A DNA stretch of 56,616 bases, filler included, from Chthonomonadaceae bacterium (GTDB lineage Bacteria; Armatimonadota; Chthonomonadetes; Chthonomonadales; Chthonomonadaceae), in the NCBI GenBank assembly GCA_035650735.1. It is 2 parts of 2 records of this genome, joined end to end, with 100 filler letters (N's around TTAATTAATTAA, not from the genome) between each part and the next. Parts side by side here need not be neighbours in the genome. Positions count along the whole stretch, not along the records: positions 1 to 25,499 come from DASRGZ010000219.1; 1 more part is not named here. One strand, 5' to 3'. Within the stretch, counting starts at the first letter, position 1. Each line of letters opens with the position of its first letter. Below, one piece after another: positions 12,507 through 22,101 of the stretch. The notes below the pieces were generated by a model that saw only the letters and a program-made list of their open reading frames with translations, did not search any database and was not told the origin of the DNA. Position numbers and translations under genes: made by a program.

Positions 12507-13153
12507 CGCTCCGCTGGTCCCGCCTCCGTTTCCGCCAGGCGCCGCTGGAGATCCGCGATCTGGCGCTCCAGCTCCTCCCGGTTCGGCGGCGCAGGCGGTG
12601 TTGGCGGCACGGGCGGTTCCGGCCTGGCCGCGCGCTGTCCGACGACCTCCGGCAGCATTTCGCTGATGGAGGCCCGCAGATCCCGGAGTTCCTGCAGCTC
12701 GGCCAAAACTTCCTCTTTGGCTCCTGCGCCCCGTTCCAACAGCCCCGGCAGCGATTCCTCCACCGCCTCTTTGAGCTCCTTCAGTTCCCGTACCTCCTCC
12801 AGGACCTCCTCGATGTCCCTGGGGTCGGCAAAGGCGTTTCGGTTGGCGCGCTGCTCCCCGCGCTGCTCTCGCTGCAGCCGCTTGACGTCGTCCTCGATGT
12901 AGCTGGCAAGCAACCGGCTCTCGATATTGAGTTCGTCAAAGCTGGCATCCGGCGAAAGGGGCCGGAAGAGGCCGCCGGGAACCAGACCGCTCTGCTCCAG
13001 GTGGGATAAGATCGCGTTGTAACGATTCATCGCCGTCTGCCGGCCCTGTTTGAGGAAGCCGGTGACGCTGGCATGTTGCGCCATGTCCGAGATCTCACGG
13101 AGCATACGAAAGATCCGCCTCATTTCCACATTGCTGAGATTGTAATCGCTCAT
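12503..13153 (-). CDS. Soluble coiled-coil hypothetical protein coupled to the ECF sigma gene (candidate anti-sigma/partner)
   Basis: SD AGGGAG, 59-bp overlap with the sigma gene, helical repeats (EVLEEVRELKEL / EVLAELQELRDL) and a Pro-rich linker. Confidence 0.7.
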   Translation of the reverse strand: MSDYNLSNVEMRRIFRMLREISDMAQHASVTGFLKQGRQTAMNRYNAILSHLEQSGLVPGGLFRPLSPDASFDELNIESRLLASYIEDDVKRLQREQRGEQRANRNAFADPRDIEEVLEEVRELKELKEAVEESLPGLLERGAGAKEEVLAELQELRDLRASISEMLPEVVGQRAARPEPPVPPTPPAPPNREELERQIADLQRRLAETEAGPAER

Positions 13154-13739
13154 CTGGATGGCTCTCCCTTGACTGGGTCAACTGGCGGCGCAGCAATTCG
13201 CGGCCGTAATGCAGCCGCCACTTGACGGTGGTAGTAGAGAGCATAAGGAACTCGGCGATACGAGCGACGGGCCACTCCTCGTAGTAGCGCAGGCGCAGCG
13301 CGATCTGGTAATCCGACGGCAATTGCTCCAGCGCTTTTGCCAGGAAAGCGCGCTCGCTGTTCTGTTCGCACTCTTCCGCCGGGTGAGCAACGAGCGCCGG
13401 GCTGTGCGCCAGGATAAGACAGTCCAGTTGCGAGGCTTCCACCGGCTCGCTGCGCTGCTCGCGCGCCCGAACTCGTTGCGCGCGGTTGCGGGTGATCGCG
13501 TAGAGCCAGCCAGCAAACTTACTCGGGTCCTGCAACTGCGGCAGCGCCTTGTAGGCCAGCAGGAACGCCTCCTGCGCTATATCCTCCGCCATCTCGCGGG
13601 AACCCAGCGCCTGCTGGGCGACAAACACAACTGCGCCGCGAAACCGGCGCACGAGCGCGTCGAAGGCCTTCAGGTTGCCAAGCAGCGCCCCGAGGACCAG
13701 TTCCTCATCGCTGGTTTGTGGGAAGAGGCTATTCTCCAT
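13095..13739 (-). CDS. ECF-family RNA polymerase sigma factor
   Basis: Region 2 (AEDIAQEAFL...FAGWLYAITRN) and region 4 (IAEFLMLSTTTVKWRLHYGR); ATG at 13739. Confidence 0.92.
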   Translation of the reverse strand: MENSLFPQTSDEELVLGALLGNLKAFDALVRRFRGAVVFVAQQALGSREMAEDIAQEAFLLAYKALPQLQDPSKFAGWLYAITRNRAQRVRAREQRSEPVEASQLDCLILAHSPALVAHPAEECEQNSERAFLAKALEQLPSDYQIALRLRYYEEWPVARIAEFLMLSTTTVKWRLHYGRELLRRQLTQSRESHPDERLQSQQCGNEADLSYAP

Positions 13740-13947
13740 CGCCGATCCGTATGCTCCTGTCTTTATGAGTCGCCCAGGAGCCAGGCGGATAGGTCTTCCC
13801 ATAAAAAAATAACGCCGCAAAATGGACCGACGTTCAAACGCAGGGCTAGGAAGGGGACCGCCGTTCGATCTCTTTCTTTCCTCTTCAAAGCAAAGCGCCC
13901 CCTCCACTATTAAAGACGGCGGACGGGGCGCTTCTGTTGGCCTCTCC

Positions 13948-14100
13948 GCAGCCCACCCGTAAACGAGTGGACTGCTGATGGCAAGCCCGCTTGAGCGGGT
14001 TAAGAGAGGTGGGTTCGTCTCCTTCTAGAGCTACAAGAAGGGAGAGTAGCCCCCTTCAGGGGGCTTGCCGCCCACAGCCCGGTCCTTTAGGGCCGGGCAG
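13948..14100. repeat. Cluster of REP-like hairpins
   Basis: Adjacent short palindromes CCCGCTTGAGCGGG, GCCCCTTCAGGGGGC and GCCCGGTCCTTTAGGGCCGGGC in the intergenic region. Confidence 0.5.
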
Positions 14101-14103
14101 GGT

Positions 14104-15363
14104 TCAGGCGCTGGCGATAAGCTGGCGGATGCGGTCGTCGAACGCCTTCTGATCGGTGGCGAAGGAGAGTAGCGCGGCCTCGGTCATCAGCGTATCCAGC
14201 GAGACACGGTCCCTCCAGCGCGCCGTCTCCGGGATCTTACCTTTGGCCCGGATCGCCTCCCGATCCTCCGGAGTGAGGTCGGCAAACAACCGCGTGCCGA
14301 AATCCTTATCCGCCTGGCGCAGATCGTTGCCGGTCAGATTCAAGGCGCCGCGCCGCGCTAGCTCCTGAGCCAGCTTCTTAAACTGATCGTCAATCGTCCA
14401 CAGCACTTCAACCCAGCCCTTATCGGTCTCGTTGCCCAGCGTGACCTCATACTGCTCCTGCAGGCGCGAGGTGATCTCCTCCGGCCTGTGATGCTGAGCA
14501 TAGAACTCCTCCACGGCCTTGGGCGGAATAGTAAACACGTCCACGCCCGCCAACGCCATCATCTGGTCGGCGTTTCGCATGGAGGCGGCGATCTGCTGGG
14601 TTGGGATGTCAGGATGGGCTTGGCGCAGTTCGGTCACCACCGCCTGCGAGGCCAGCGTCGCCTTTTCGCCGACGAACTTGCCGTCGCCCAGCTTGTTCTC
14701 CGAAACCACCTGGTTCAGGCGACCCAGGAAGACGTTGACGTAGTTCGGGCGGGAGAACAGCGTCGCCAGGTAGTTCTGGCGGGCCGAGAAGCCGAGCGTG
14801 TAGTTGATCGGGATGCCGTCGGCGCGGGCCTGCGCCACGGCGCAGTAGCCCTCCGGCGTCAGTGGGATTTTGACGATGAAGCGGTCGGGATTGACGGCGT
14901 AATAACGCTGGGCATAGCGCAACGTCTTTTCCATATCATAGGCAATGCCGGGATGCAGTTCCACGCTCACCAGCGCATCGAAGGCTGTAACCAGGCGCAG
15001 GGCGATGTGGCTATTGACAACGAACACGATGTCCATCACCAGATCGTCCTCGGAGAGGCCCGGCTCGACCTCCCGGATGCGCCTGGCCGCGTTTTGGATC
15101 ACGTCGTCCATCATGCCCGTCTGCACCACCTGGTTAGCCAGCGTGTTGTTGGTGGTCAGGGCCGACATCTCGCGCCGCCAGATTTTTTTCGCCTCGTCCA
15201 GGTTGCCGGTATCCAGCCAGAGCTGGGTTCCCAACTGCCTGAGTTTTGCCAGGGCGGGATCGCTTTCGGGGGATGCGATGCGCTCCGGGGCGTGGGAGAC
15301 GTCGCGGGCCAGCTCCGTCAGCAGCTCCTCTCTGCGCGTCCATTTCTGCGTTGCTATCGCCAT
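14104..15363 (-). CDS. Transaldolase-family protein
   Basis: WLDTG, LTTNNTL, VSVEL, Schiff-base FIVKIPLTPEG, INYTLGFS and AASMR; SD AAGGAG. Confidence 0.88.
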   Translation of the reverse strand: MAIATQKWTRREELLTELARDVSHAPERIASPESDPALAKLRQLGTQLWLDTGNLDEAKKIWRREMSALTTNNTLANQVVQTGMMDDVIQNAARRIREVEPGLSEDDLVMDIVFVVNSHIALRLVTAFDALVSVELHPGIAYDMEKTLRYAQRYYAVNPDRFIVKIPLTPEGYCAVAQARADGIPINYTLGFSARQNYLATLFSRPNYVNVFLGRLNQVVSENKLGDGKFVGEKATLASQAVVTELRQAHPDIPTQQIAASMRNADQMMALAGVDVFTIPPKAVEEFYAQHHRPEEITSRLQEQYEVTLGNETDKGWVEVLWTIDDQFKKLAQELARRGALNLTGNDLRQADKDFGTRLFADLTPEDREAIRAKGKIPETARWRDRVSLDTLMTEAALLSFATDQKAFDDRIRQLIASA

Positions 15364-15744
15364 GATCGAAACTCCTTTCGTTCTGGGTTCGTGCCGTGCG
15401 TTAGAACGCGCGCGGCCTGTTCCTCGGTCCTCACCAGGATCCTCCTTGACCTAACCCCCCCTGCCAGGGTCGGACCTGCAATAATTCGGCCCTCCGCCTT
15501 GCGACCCTGCGAGGGAAGGGGAGGGACCCGGCTTCTCCTCTCTCCCCTCTCCTTCTCAAGGAGAGGGGCCGGGGTGAGGTCTCTCCCCTCTGCCGCAGCG
15601 TGGATCGCAAGGCAGAGCCATGTCGCCAGGCGGAGGCAAGGGCCGTACCCTTGCCGACCCTGGCAGTGGCCCGAACCATTGTAGGCGCGACCCTTGCAGT
15701 CCGTTGTAGGCCCGACCCTGGCAGTAGGGAATGGGGGGTGAGGG

Positions 15745-15780
15745 CGCCCCTACACCCTATACCCTACTCCCTACACCCTG
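15745..15780. repeat. Short tandem heptamer repeats (CCCTAYH) within a repeat-rich intergenic region (about 15448-15800)
   Basis: CCCTACA CCCTATA CCCTACT CCCTACA CCCTG. Nearby are three GACCCT(T/G)GCAGT units and CCCTCTCC/GGAGAGGG palindromes. Confidence 0.6.
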
Positions 15781-15813
15781 CATGAGGGGCCGGGGGTGGA
15801 GGCTAGTTTCCCC

Positions 15814-16383
15814 TCAATTCAGGCCGAACCACGCCTTCGTCTCCGGCTGGAACCAGTAGTAGGTCAACCCGCAGGCCAGGCCGATCCAGATAATGGCCAT
15901 TATCGGCGCGGCAGCCAATTTGAAGAGGGCGAGCAAGGCGAATATACCCAGCACGACCACGTTGGCCGTCCAGGCCCAGGGGCGCTGTGTCCAGGTAGCC
16001 CAGGCCAGCGCGCCCAGTGCCAGCGCCGCAGGAATCAGCACCACTGCATACAGTGTTGGGCCGACCATCCCAAACGCCGACGCCAGGTAGTTGGTGCCTT
16101 CTGCGTTGACCGACTGCCGCGCGGCAAACGCGCCGATCACAAACGCCAGCGGCCAGAAGAGGGCAAACAGCGCGTCAAAGAGCGCCAGCGCCGCCACAGC
16201 CAGCGGTCGCCTGTTCAGACGGGCCACGTGCTGCACCAGCCTGCCCTGGCTGGAGGTAAACTCTTCGAGTTGCCCGGCATAGGCGGTCAGCGGGGTCTGG
16301 CAGTCGGCGCAACGGGCCCGGCCAGCATCGTTAACCAATCCGCAATTCGGGCACTGCTTCGTATCGGGCACGGCCTGACTCAT
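15814..16383 (-). CDS. Membrane protein with N-terminal zinc ribbon
   Basis: CPNC...CADC followed by about four hydrophobic helices; ATG at 16383. Confidence 0.75.
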   Translation of the reverse strand: MSQAVPDTKQCPNCGLVNDAGRARCADCQTPLTAYAGQLEEFTSSQGRLVQHVARLNRRPLAVAALALFDALFALFWPLAFVIGAFAARQSVNAEGTNYLASAFGMVGPTLYAVVLIPAALALGALAWATWTQRPWAWTANVVVLGIFALLALFKLAAAPIMAIIWIGLACGLTYYWFQPETKAWFGLN

Positions 16384-16612
16384 TAGCGAATCACCCCCAA
16401 AACCTACTGCTTCACAAGACGCCCTGCCCAAAAGTCACGGAGAAGTTCCAGGCCTGGGCGAAACCTACTCCCAAAGTGTCCTACTTCATAAGACGGATAA
16501 GACGGGCTATGTCGTTCCGCAGTTCGCCCATTCCTTTCTCACCTGGCCCGGTACGCCATGAACGCCCCAACTATCCGGTCTGGCCAAAGGGAAAGATCAT
16601 CAGCGCCCTACA

Positions 16613-17371
16613 TTACGGCTCGGCAGGCTCGTCCTCGCCCGCTCGCTCCTCCTGCGGGAGCGCGTGCGCGGCGGGAGCAGATCCCGTTTCCTCCGTGCCT
16701 TCCGGCAGCGCCGGAGGCGGTGTGGTGGCGGCGAGCGCATCGCGGCCAGCCTCGCCAATCGGAAACGCCTCATAGGCCGAGAAAGGCGCAGGAGTCGTGA
16801 CGGGAACGGGCGGCCAGAAAATGTGCGCTTTGCCTAGCGCCGTCAGGCGTCCCGGCTCGCAGCGTAGCTCGTCCAGCCAGACCGGAATGGGCGCTTTCGA
16901 TAGGTCGAGCGTCCTGTTCAGGGACTGCTCCACCACCTCCCGGATCGGCGCCGGGAGCGTAAACCCCACTTTCGCCGCCTCCCAATCCAGGTAGACGCGC
17001 ACGCCGTTCTCGATGCGCGGCACGCCCTCAATAGTGACCGGAATGCTGAACACCTTCACATACTGCCCGGTGAGCCGCACCCTGCCCGAAAGCAGCGCGG
17101 CGCGCAGATTGCGTATCGGCGCCTCCGGCGGCAGCAGTGAGGCCAGCGCACGGTTCAGATTCATCTCGGAGAGGACGGCCCGGAAGCGCGTCTCCCCGGC
17201 GGTCACGCGCGGCGGGGTGTCCTCGGCGGCGGGAGGCTCCAGGCGGATGTCACCGCCCTCCAGATGAACCTCATCCACGACCACATTCTCCCGTAGCTGC
17301 ACGTTCTGAAGGTCTATCTGTGCCGTGCCGATCTGGAGCGCCAGTGAGGCCGGTAAAGTCGGAGATGCCAT
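16613..17371 (-). CDS. Hypothetical protein, possibly LmeA/DUF2993-like lipid-binding fold
   Basis: Beta-rich pattern (AVLSEMNLNRAL...GRVRLTG...PGRLTALG) with an acidic Pro/Ala tail. The family assignment is by resemblance only. Confidence 0.6.
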   Translation of the reverse strand: MASPTLPASLALQIGTAQIDLQNVQLRENVVVDEVHLEGGDIRLEPPAAEDTPPRVTAGETRFRAVLSEMNLNRALASLLPPEAPIRNLRAALLSGRVRLTGQYVKVFSIPVTIEGVPRIENGVRVYLDWEAAKVGFTLPAPIREVVEQSLNRTLDLSKAPIPVWLDELRCEPGRLTALGKAHIFWPPVPVTTPAPFSAYEAFPIGEAGRDALAATTPPPALPEGTEETGSAPAAHALPQEERAGEDEPAEP

Positions 17372-17457
17372 GAGAGTCTAGAACTCCTTACAGCCCGGCC
17401 CTGCCTCTCTCGGCAGGCTCAACCCTGCCGCTTTAGGTCCGGGCGCACTATGGTGCA

Positions 17458-18366
17458 CTATGGTGCACTATCTTTGTGCCAGGCCAGCACCACGCAGGCG
17501 GTGCCCTTGCGGTTAATGGGCTGATCAAGAAAGGGAACCAGCCCCAGCGCGCGGCCGGCCTCCCGCAGCCCCGGCGCCTGATGCGCCGCGCAATAGATCG
17601 CCAGGCGCCCACCCGGCGCCAGTATCCGCGTCATCTCCCCTAGCGCGGCGCGCACCGTCGCTTCCGCCGCGCCCTCAAAGGGCGGCTCGGTGGCGATGGC
17701 GTCCACGCTCGCCGTCTGGAAGGGTAGAGAGCGCGCGTCCGCAACGCAATGCCGCGCCCCCAGCCCTGCCAATCCGTAGCGCAGCGCCGGATCGAGATCG
17801 CAACTGAGCACGCGGCAGCCGTTCGCCTCCGCCACCACGCCGCCCGCCCCCGCGAACGGGTCCAGCAGCGTCCCGCCCGGCCTTGCCACCAGATTGACCA
17901 GCAGCCGCGCGTCCTCCACCGGCAGCCCACGTCGGCTTAAGGGGCCGCTGTCGCCGCGATATCCGCGCACCGCGCGCACTCCCTCTGCTGCCGCCAGCCA
18001 GAAGACGCGCCTATCGGGCGCCCGCTCCCGGAACGCAGCCTCTTCCTCACGGTAAAGGGGGATCAGGCGATAGGGCCGGCGGCGCCAGCGCACCATACGC
18101 CCCGTGGCAGCGTCGCGGCCCCCCTCCTCCGCTTCCAGCACGTCCACCGCATGGGTATAGCCTAGACGCGGCAATCGGGCCTGCGCCTCCTCTCGATGGG
18201 CGGCTGGCAGCGCGATCCAGAACAGACCGCCCTCCTCGGCCAGCGGCCCGCCCGCCGGAGCGGTCGGCCCCAGATCGCCCAGCAGGCACAGCGCTTCCTG
18301 AACCGCTGCCTCCCGCGCCTTGCGTCGCGCCGACCGCAAATAGAAGATCAGCAGCGCCTCCTCCAT
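17458..18366 (-). CDS. TRM11/UPF0020-like SAM-dependent (RNA) methyltransferase
   Basis: LLDPFAGAGG, ADARSLPF and VDAIATEPPF motifs. Confidence 0.8.
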   Translation of the reverse strand: MEEALLIFYLRSARRKAREAAVQEALCLLGDLGPTAPAGGPLAEEGGLFWIALPAAHREEAQARLPRLGYTHAVDVLEAEEGGRDAATGRMVRWRRRPYRLIPLYREEEAAFRERAPDRRVFWLAAAEGVRAVRGYRGDSGPLSRRGLPVEDARLLVNLVARPGGTLLDPFAGAGGVVAEANGCRVLSCDLDPALRYGLAGLGARHCVADARSLPFQTASVDAIATEPPFEGAAEATVRAALGEMTRILAPGGRLAIYCAAHQAPGLREAGRALGLVPFLDQPINRKGTACVVLAWHKDSAP

Positions 18367-18472
18367 GCACTCTCTCACTCTCACGCCTGCATTGCAACCG
18401 GCCTGCATCGCTCTCCTTCAGTAGAGCATAGGCAAACAGGCAACAGAATGCAGCAGGGTTTCGATGGCCCGA

Positions 18473-19331
18473 TCAGGTATCAGGACGCCCTACCTCCGCC
18501 CTGGGGAGCAGCAGCGCCTCCCGCAGCGCCCGCACCTCCGCGCGCAACTGAGCGATCTCGGCCTGCAATGACTCGGATTGGGCTTTCTCCCGCTGCCCAC
18601 TACTTTCCTGCGTCTGTTTTTGATCCTGATGCACGAAGAAGCTGGCCAGCGTAGCCGTGACGTAGCCAAACACGCTGAAGGCAAACAGCGCCAGCAGCCA
18701 GGTCAGCAGCCGTCCCTCAAATGTGACCGGCTCGTAGCTCGATCCCAGCGTGGTCAGCAGCATCGCCGTCCACCAGAGCGCGTCGCCCAAGCTCTTCAGG
18801 CCGCCCTGCGGAGGCTGCTCAAAGCTATATATCCCTCCGGCCCCGACCAACAGCACCAGCACGTTGATGGCGAGCACATAGCCCACGCCGCGCCGGGCCA
18901 ACACGCGCCGGGCCGTTCTCAGGCCGCGATTGGCCGTGGACACCACCCGCAGCAGCCGTAACCCGCGCGCCGCCCGTGCCGCACGCACCAGGTACACGAT
19001 CCGCAGCAGCCGCAGCGCCGGCGCGACCAGCGCCAGCGCCGTCAGCCAATTATGCCGCAGGTACGCCAGCTTATGGGGGGGCAATGATAAATTCCAGCAG
19101 GAAATGGACCAGAAATATCCCCCAGAGTATCCAGGTCAGCGTGTCCAGCACGCGCGGATTGTATCCCATGAGGTCCAGGACAATAATGACCAGCCAGGCA
19201 AACGAGAGAAGCATCATAGGCTTCTCTAAAAGGCGGCTTATCTGTTCCAGCAACTGCTGGCGCTCTTGATGGGTCTTCTGCTGAATGGCTTGCAGGCGCC
19301 GTTCGTGGCGGGCAGGCGTGATGGCAGCCAT
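18473..19331 (-). pseudogene. Ion transport (6-TM potassium-channel-like) gene split by a one-base frameshift in a G7/C7 run
   Basis: ORFs 19071-19331 and 18473-19084 join (FIIAP-HKLAY) if the run at 19075-19081 is 6 bases. S4-like LRLLR..VRAARAARGLRLLR and pore region ALWWTAMLLTTLGS. Confidence 0.8.
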
Positions 19332-19995
19332 GATACTTCCCTCCGGGATTCAGGATGAAGGCGCAGGCGTTTGCGCGTGGACAAACCGCCGGGAGATCGG
19401 CCAGCCCATCGCCTTAAGGTCTGCCTGGCCGGGGTATGAACGTCTGACGGCCAGGCCCGACCGCAGGTTCCTCCGTAACCGGCGCGCGTATCGCAAGGCA
19501 GGTGGAGGAGAAGCACAACAGGAGCGCTTCCCGATTTTTATCCAGCCTTTTTGCCTATTTCCGGGAACTAAAACTACACTTTATTCGTTGAAAACCCGAT
19601 AGTAAAGATTAGCGTGCCTTTGCGGTGTTCATACAAACCCGGACACCGCAGAGGCTTTGTTGTTAACGGACTGTTTTACGGTAGCTACATTCTCAATAGG
19701 AGCTAGGTTCATCCTTAAACTATGGAATACAGACGGTGCCGTGTGACTCTCCGGCAGCCCCAAGCGGGCCGGAACTCGCACACTCCCGCCTGTTTTGCAA
19801 GGCGCGTTTCTGCGGAAGCGTCGTCGGCATACAGCGTAGAGCAGACACACAGGCCGCGCCCGGCCTGCCTGTAACTAGCCCGACCGAAGAAGATCCCCTT
19901 AGAAAAGATCCCTTCAGACGGCCTCTTTTGTATCTGCTCGGACGGCAAGGCGCTCCCCTCTGGGGAGATTCCTGCGGCACCTGGAGCCAAACGCG

Positions 19996-21795
19996 ATGCA
20001 AAACCTGCTGCGATTGATCAAGGAACTGCGCGCCTATTGGCGCATCATGGCCCTGATCGTCGTTCTTACCCTCATCACCTCCGCCCTCAGCCTACCCATG
20101 CCGCTCATCCTCCGGTACCTGACGGATCATCTGACCGCCAGAGCGGTAGCGCGCAACATTTACGTTCCTCTGCTGAACGTGTTCCTGATTATCGTGGGGG
20201 TGGCGGTGGCCAGCGCCTTCTTCGGCTACTGCCTGACGCTCTCGATCACCTACCTGGGCCAGCGCTTTAAGTACGATATGCGGCGCAAGCTCTACTCGCA
20301 CATGCAGACGCTCTCGCTCAGCTTCTTTGAAAAGAGCCAGACCGGTAAGCTGATGTCCAACATCACCAACGACGTCTCCGCCCTGGATCAGCTTATCGGC
20401 GGCAGCTTTGTCAACGTGATTCAGGACATGGTCACGCTGGTGGGCGTCATGTTCTTCATCTTCCGCATGAACTGGCGGCTGTCGCTGGTCGCCCTGGCCG
20501 TCTACCCTATCTACATCCTGAACTATCTAGCCTTTATCAAGCGCATCAAGCAGACCAGCCACGACGCGCGCGAGCAGCGTGACGTCGTCTACGGCGACTT
20601 GCAGGAGAAGCTGGCGGGCGTGCTGGTGGTCAAATCCTACGCCAAGGAGCGCTACGAGGTACGCCAGTTCGCCGGCGAGACTCGCAGCCTGCTGGGCCTC
20701 AACGTCCGCCTGAGCGCCCTGAGCACTGCGCTCTGGGCTATCGCTGAGTTCATCGGGGGCACCGGCACGGCGCTGCTGCTCTGGTATGGCGGGCATCTGG
20801 TCATCGTCGGCCAGCTTACCCCCGGCGAACTGATGGCCTTCTACGCCTTCATCGGCGGCTATCTCTACAGCCCCACCCTGCGCCTGATCCAGATTAACGA
20901 CCAGATAGCAAGAACAAATGCGGCTTTGTGGCGGATTTTTAGAACTTTAGATACGCAGCCGAATGTAAGTGACAAGCCGGGCGCTGTCCCGCTGCCTCCG
21001 ATGCGCGGCGACGTGCATTACGAGAACGTCTGGTTTGAGTATGAGCCGGGGCAGCCGGTCATCAAAGGGGTGAATTTGGAGGTCAAGGCGGGGGAGATGG
21101 TCGCCTTCGTCGGACAGTCCGGTTCCGGCAAGACGACGATGATTAACCTACTGCAACGCCACTACGACGTGACCGGCGGGCGGATTACCATAGACGGCTA
21201 CGATCTGAGGGACGTGCAGCTCAAATCGCTGCGCCGGCAGATCGGCGTGGTCATCCAGGAGACGATCCTGTTTAACACGACGATCCGGGAGAATATCCGC
21301 TACGGCAGGCTGGAGGCGACGGACGCAGAGGTCGAGGAGGCGGCGCGGGCCGCCAACATCGCCCACGTCATCGAGGCGCTGCCGCACGGCTACGAGACCC
21401 GCATCGGCGAGGACGGCATCAAGCTCTCTGGCGGCGAGAAGCAGCGTCTCGCCATCGCGCGGGCGATCCTGTCCGACCCGCGCATCCTGATTCTGGACGA
21501 GGCCACTTCCGCCCTCGACTCGGAGACGGAGGCGCTGATCCAGGAGGCGCTCGACCGCCTGATGGCCGGACGCACGAGCTTTGTAGTCGCCCATCGCCTT
21601 TCCACCATCGTCAAGGCCGATAAGATCGTGGTGATGGAGAAGGGCGTCATCCGGGAGATGGGCAGCCATGCTGAGCTGCTGGCCCTGGGCGGTATCTACG
21701 CGGGGCTGTATAATCAACAGTTCAAGGTCGCACTGGAGGGCCGGGACGCGCTGCCCATAGGGAGCGCTCCGCAGATTGCTGCCGTGCGCGGATAA
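19996..21795 (+). CDS. ABC exporter, fused permease/ATPase (heterodimer subunit A)
   Basis: TM domain, GQSGSGKT, LSGGEKQR, LILDEATS and AHRL. Confidence 0.95.
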   Translation: MQNLLRLIKELRAYWRIMALIVVLTLITSALSLPMPLILRYLTDHLTARAVARNIYVPLLNVFLIIVGVAVASAFFGYCLTLSITYLGQRFKYDMRRKLYSHMQTLSLSFFEKSQTGKLMSNITNDVSALDQLIGGSFVNVIQDMVTLVGVMFFIFRMNWRLSLVALAVYPIYILNYLAFIKRIKQTSHDAREQRDVVYGDLQEKLAGVLVVKSYAKERYEVRQFAGETRSLLGLNVRLSALSTALWAIAEFIGGTGTALLLWYGGHLVIVGQLTPGELMAFYAFIGGYLYSPTLRLIQINDQIARTNAALWRIFRTLDTQPNVSDKPGAVPLPPMRGDVHYENVWFEYEPGQPVIKGVNLEVKAGEMVAFVGQSGSGKTTMINLLQRHYDVTGGRITIDGYDLRDVQLKSLRRQIGVVIQETILFNTTIRENIRYGRLEATDAEVEEAARAANIAHVIEALPHGYETRIGEDGIKLSGGEKQRLAIARAILSDPRILILDEATSALDSETEALIQEALDRLMAGRTSFVVAHRLSTIVKADKIVVMEKGVIREMGSHAELLALGGIYAGLYNQQFKVALEGRDALPIGSAPQIAAVRG

Positions 21796-21849
21796 ATCAA
21801 ACCACCCGCTGCGCTAGAGACACAGAGGAAAAACAAGGAGACCAGATTT

Positions 21850-21948
21850 TTAGACAGGATTAACGGGATTTACGGGATTAGAACCTGCGAGAGAAGGAAG
21901 GCTTCTCTGTGTTTTTGAAATCCACTTAATCCCGTTAATCCTGTCTAA
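21850..21948. repeat. 21-bp perfect inverted repeat element
   Basis: TTAGACAGGATTAACGGGATT (21850-21870) and AATCCCGTTAATCCTGTCTAA (21928-21948). Confidence 0.8.
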
Positions 21949-22059
21949 TTAACCCAAGTTGCTACCTAGGAACACGTTTGAGAGAGAATCGCTCTGGAAA
22001 CCGGCTTTTGCATCACCGTTTGCCTTCTCGAAGAGGCAAGGTAGCAACTTGGATTAATT
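21947..22059. mobile_element. MITE-like element with 21-bp IRs and TTAA-containing ends
   Basis: AATTAACCCAAGTTGCTACCT and AGGTAGCAACTTGGATTAATT, one mismatch. Confidence 0.65.
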
Positions 22060-22101
22060 AGAGTTTTTGAGTGGATATGAAGAGGGTGAGGAAATAGGGA
22101 C

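Noticed and set aside
17445..17470. 10-bp tandem GCACTATGGT at the methyltransferase stop
   Set aside because: A short local slippage duplication with no evident function.
19600..19995. Possible riboswitch in the long leader of the ABC pair
   Set aside because: No conserved core of any riboswitch class I recognise; only a short AAGATCCC repeat.
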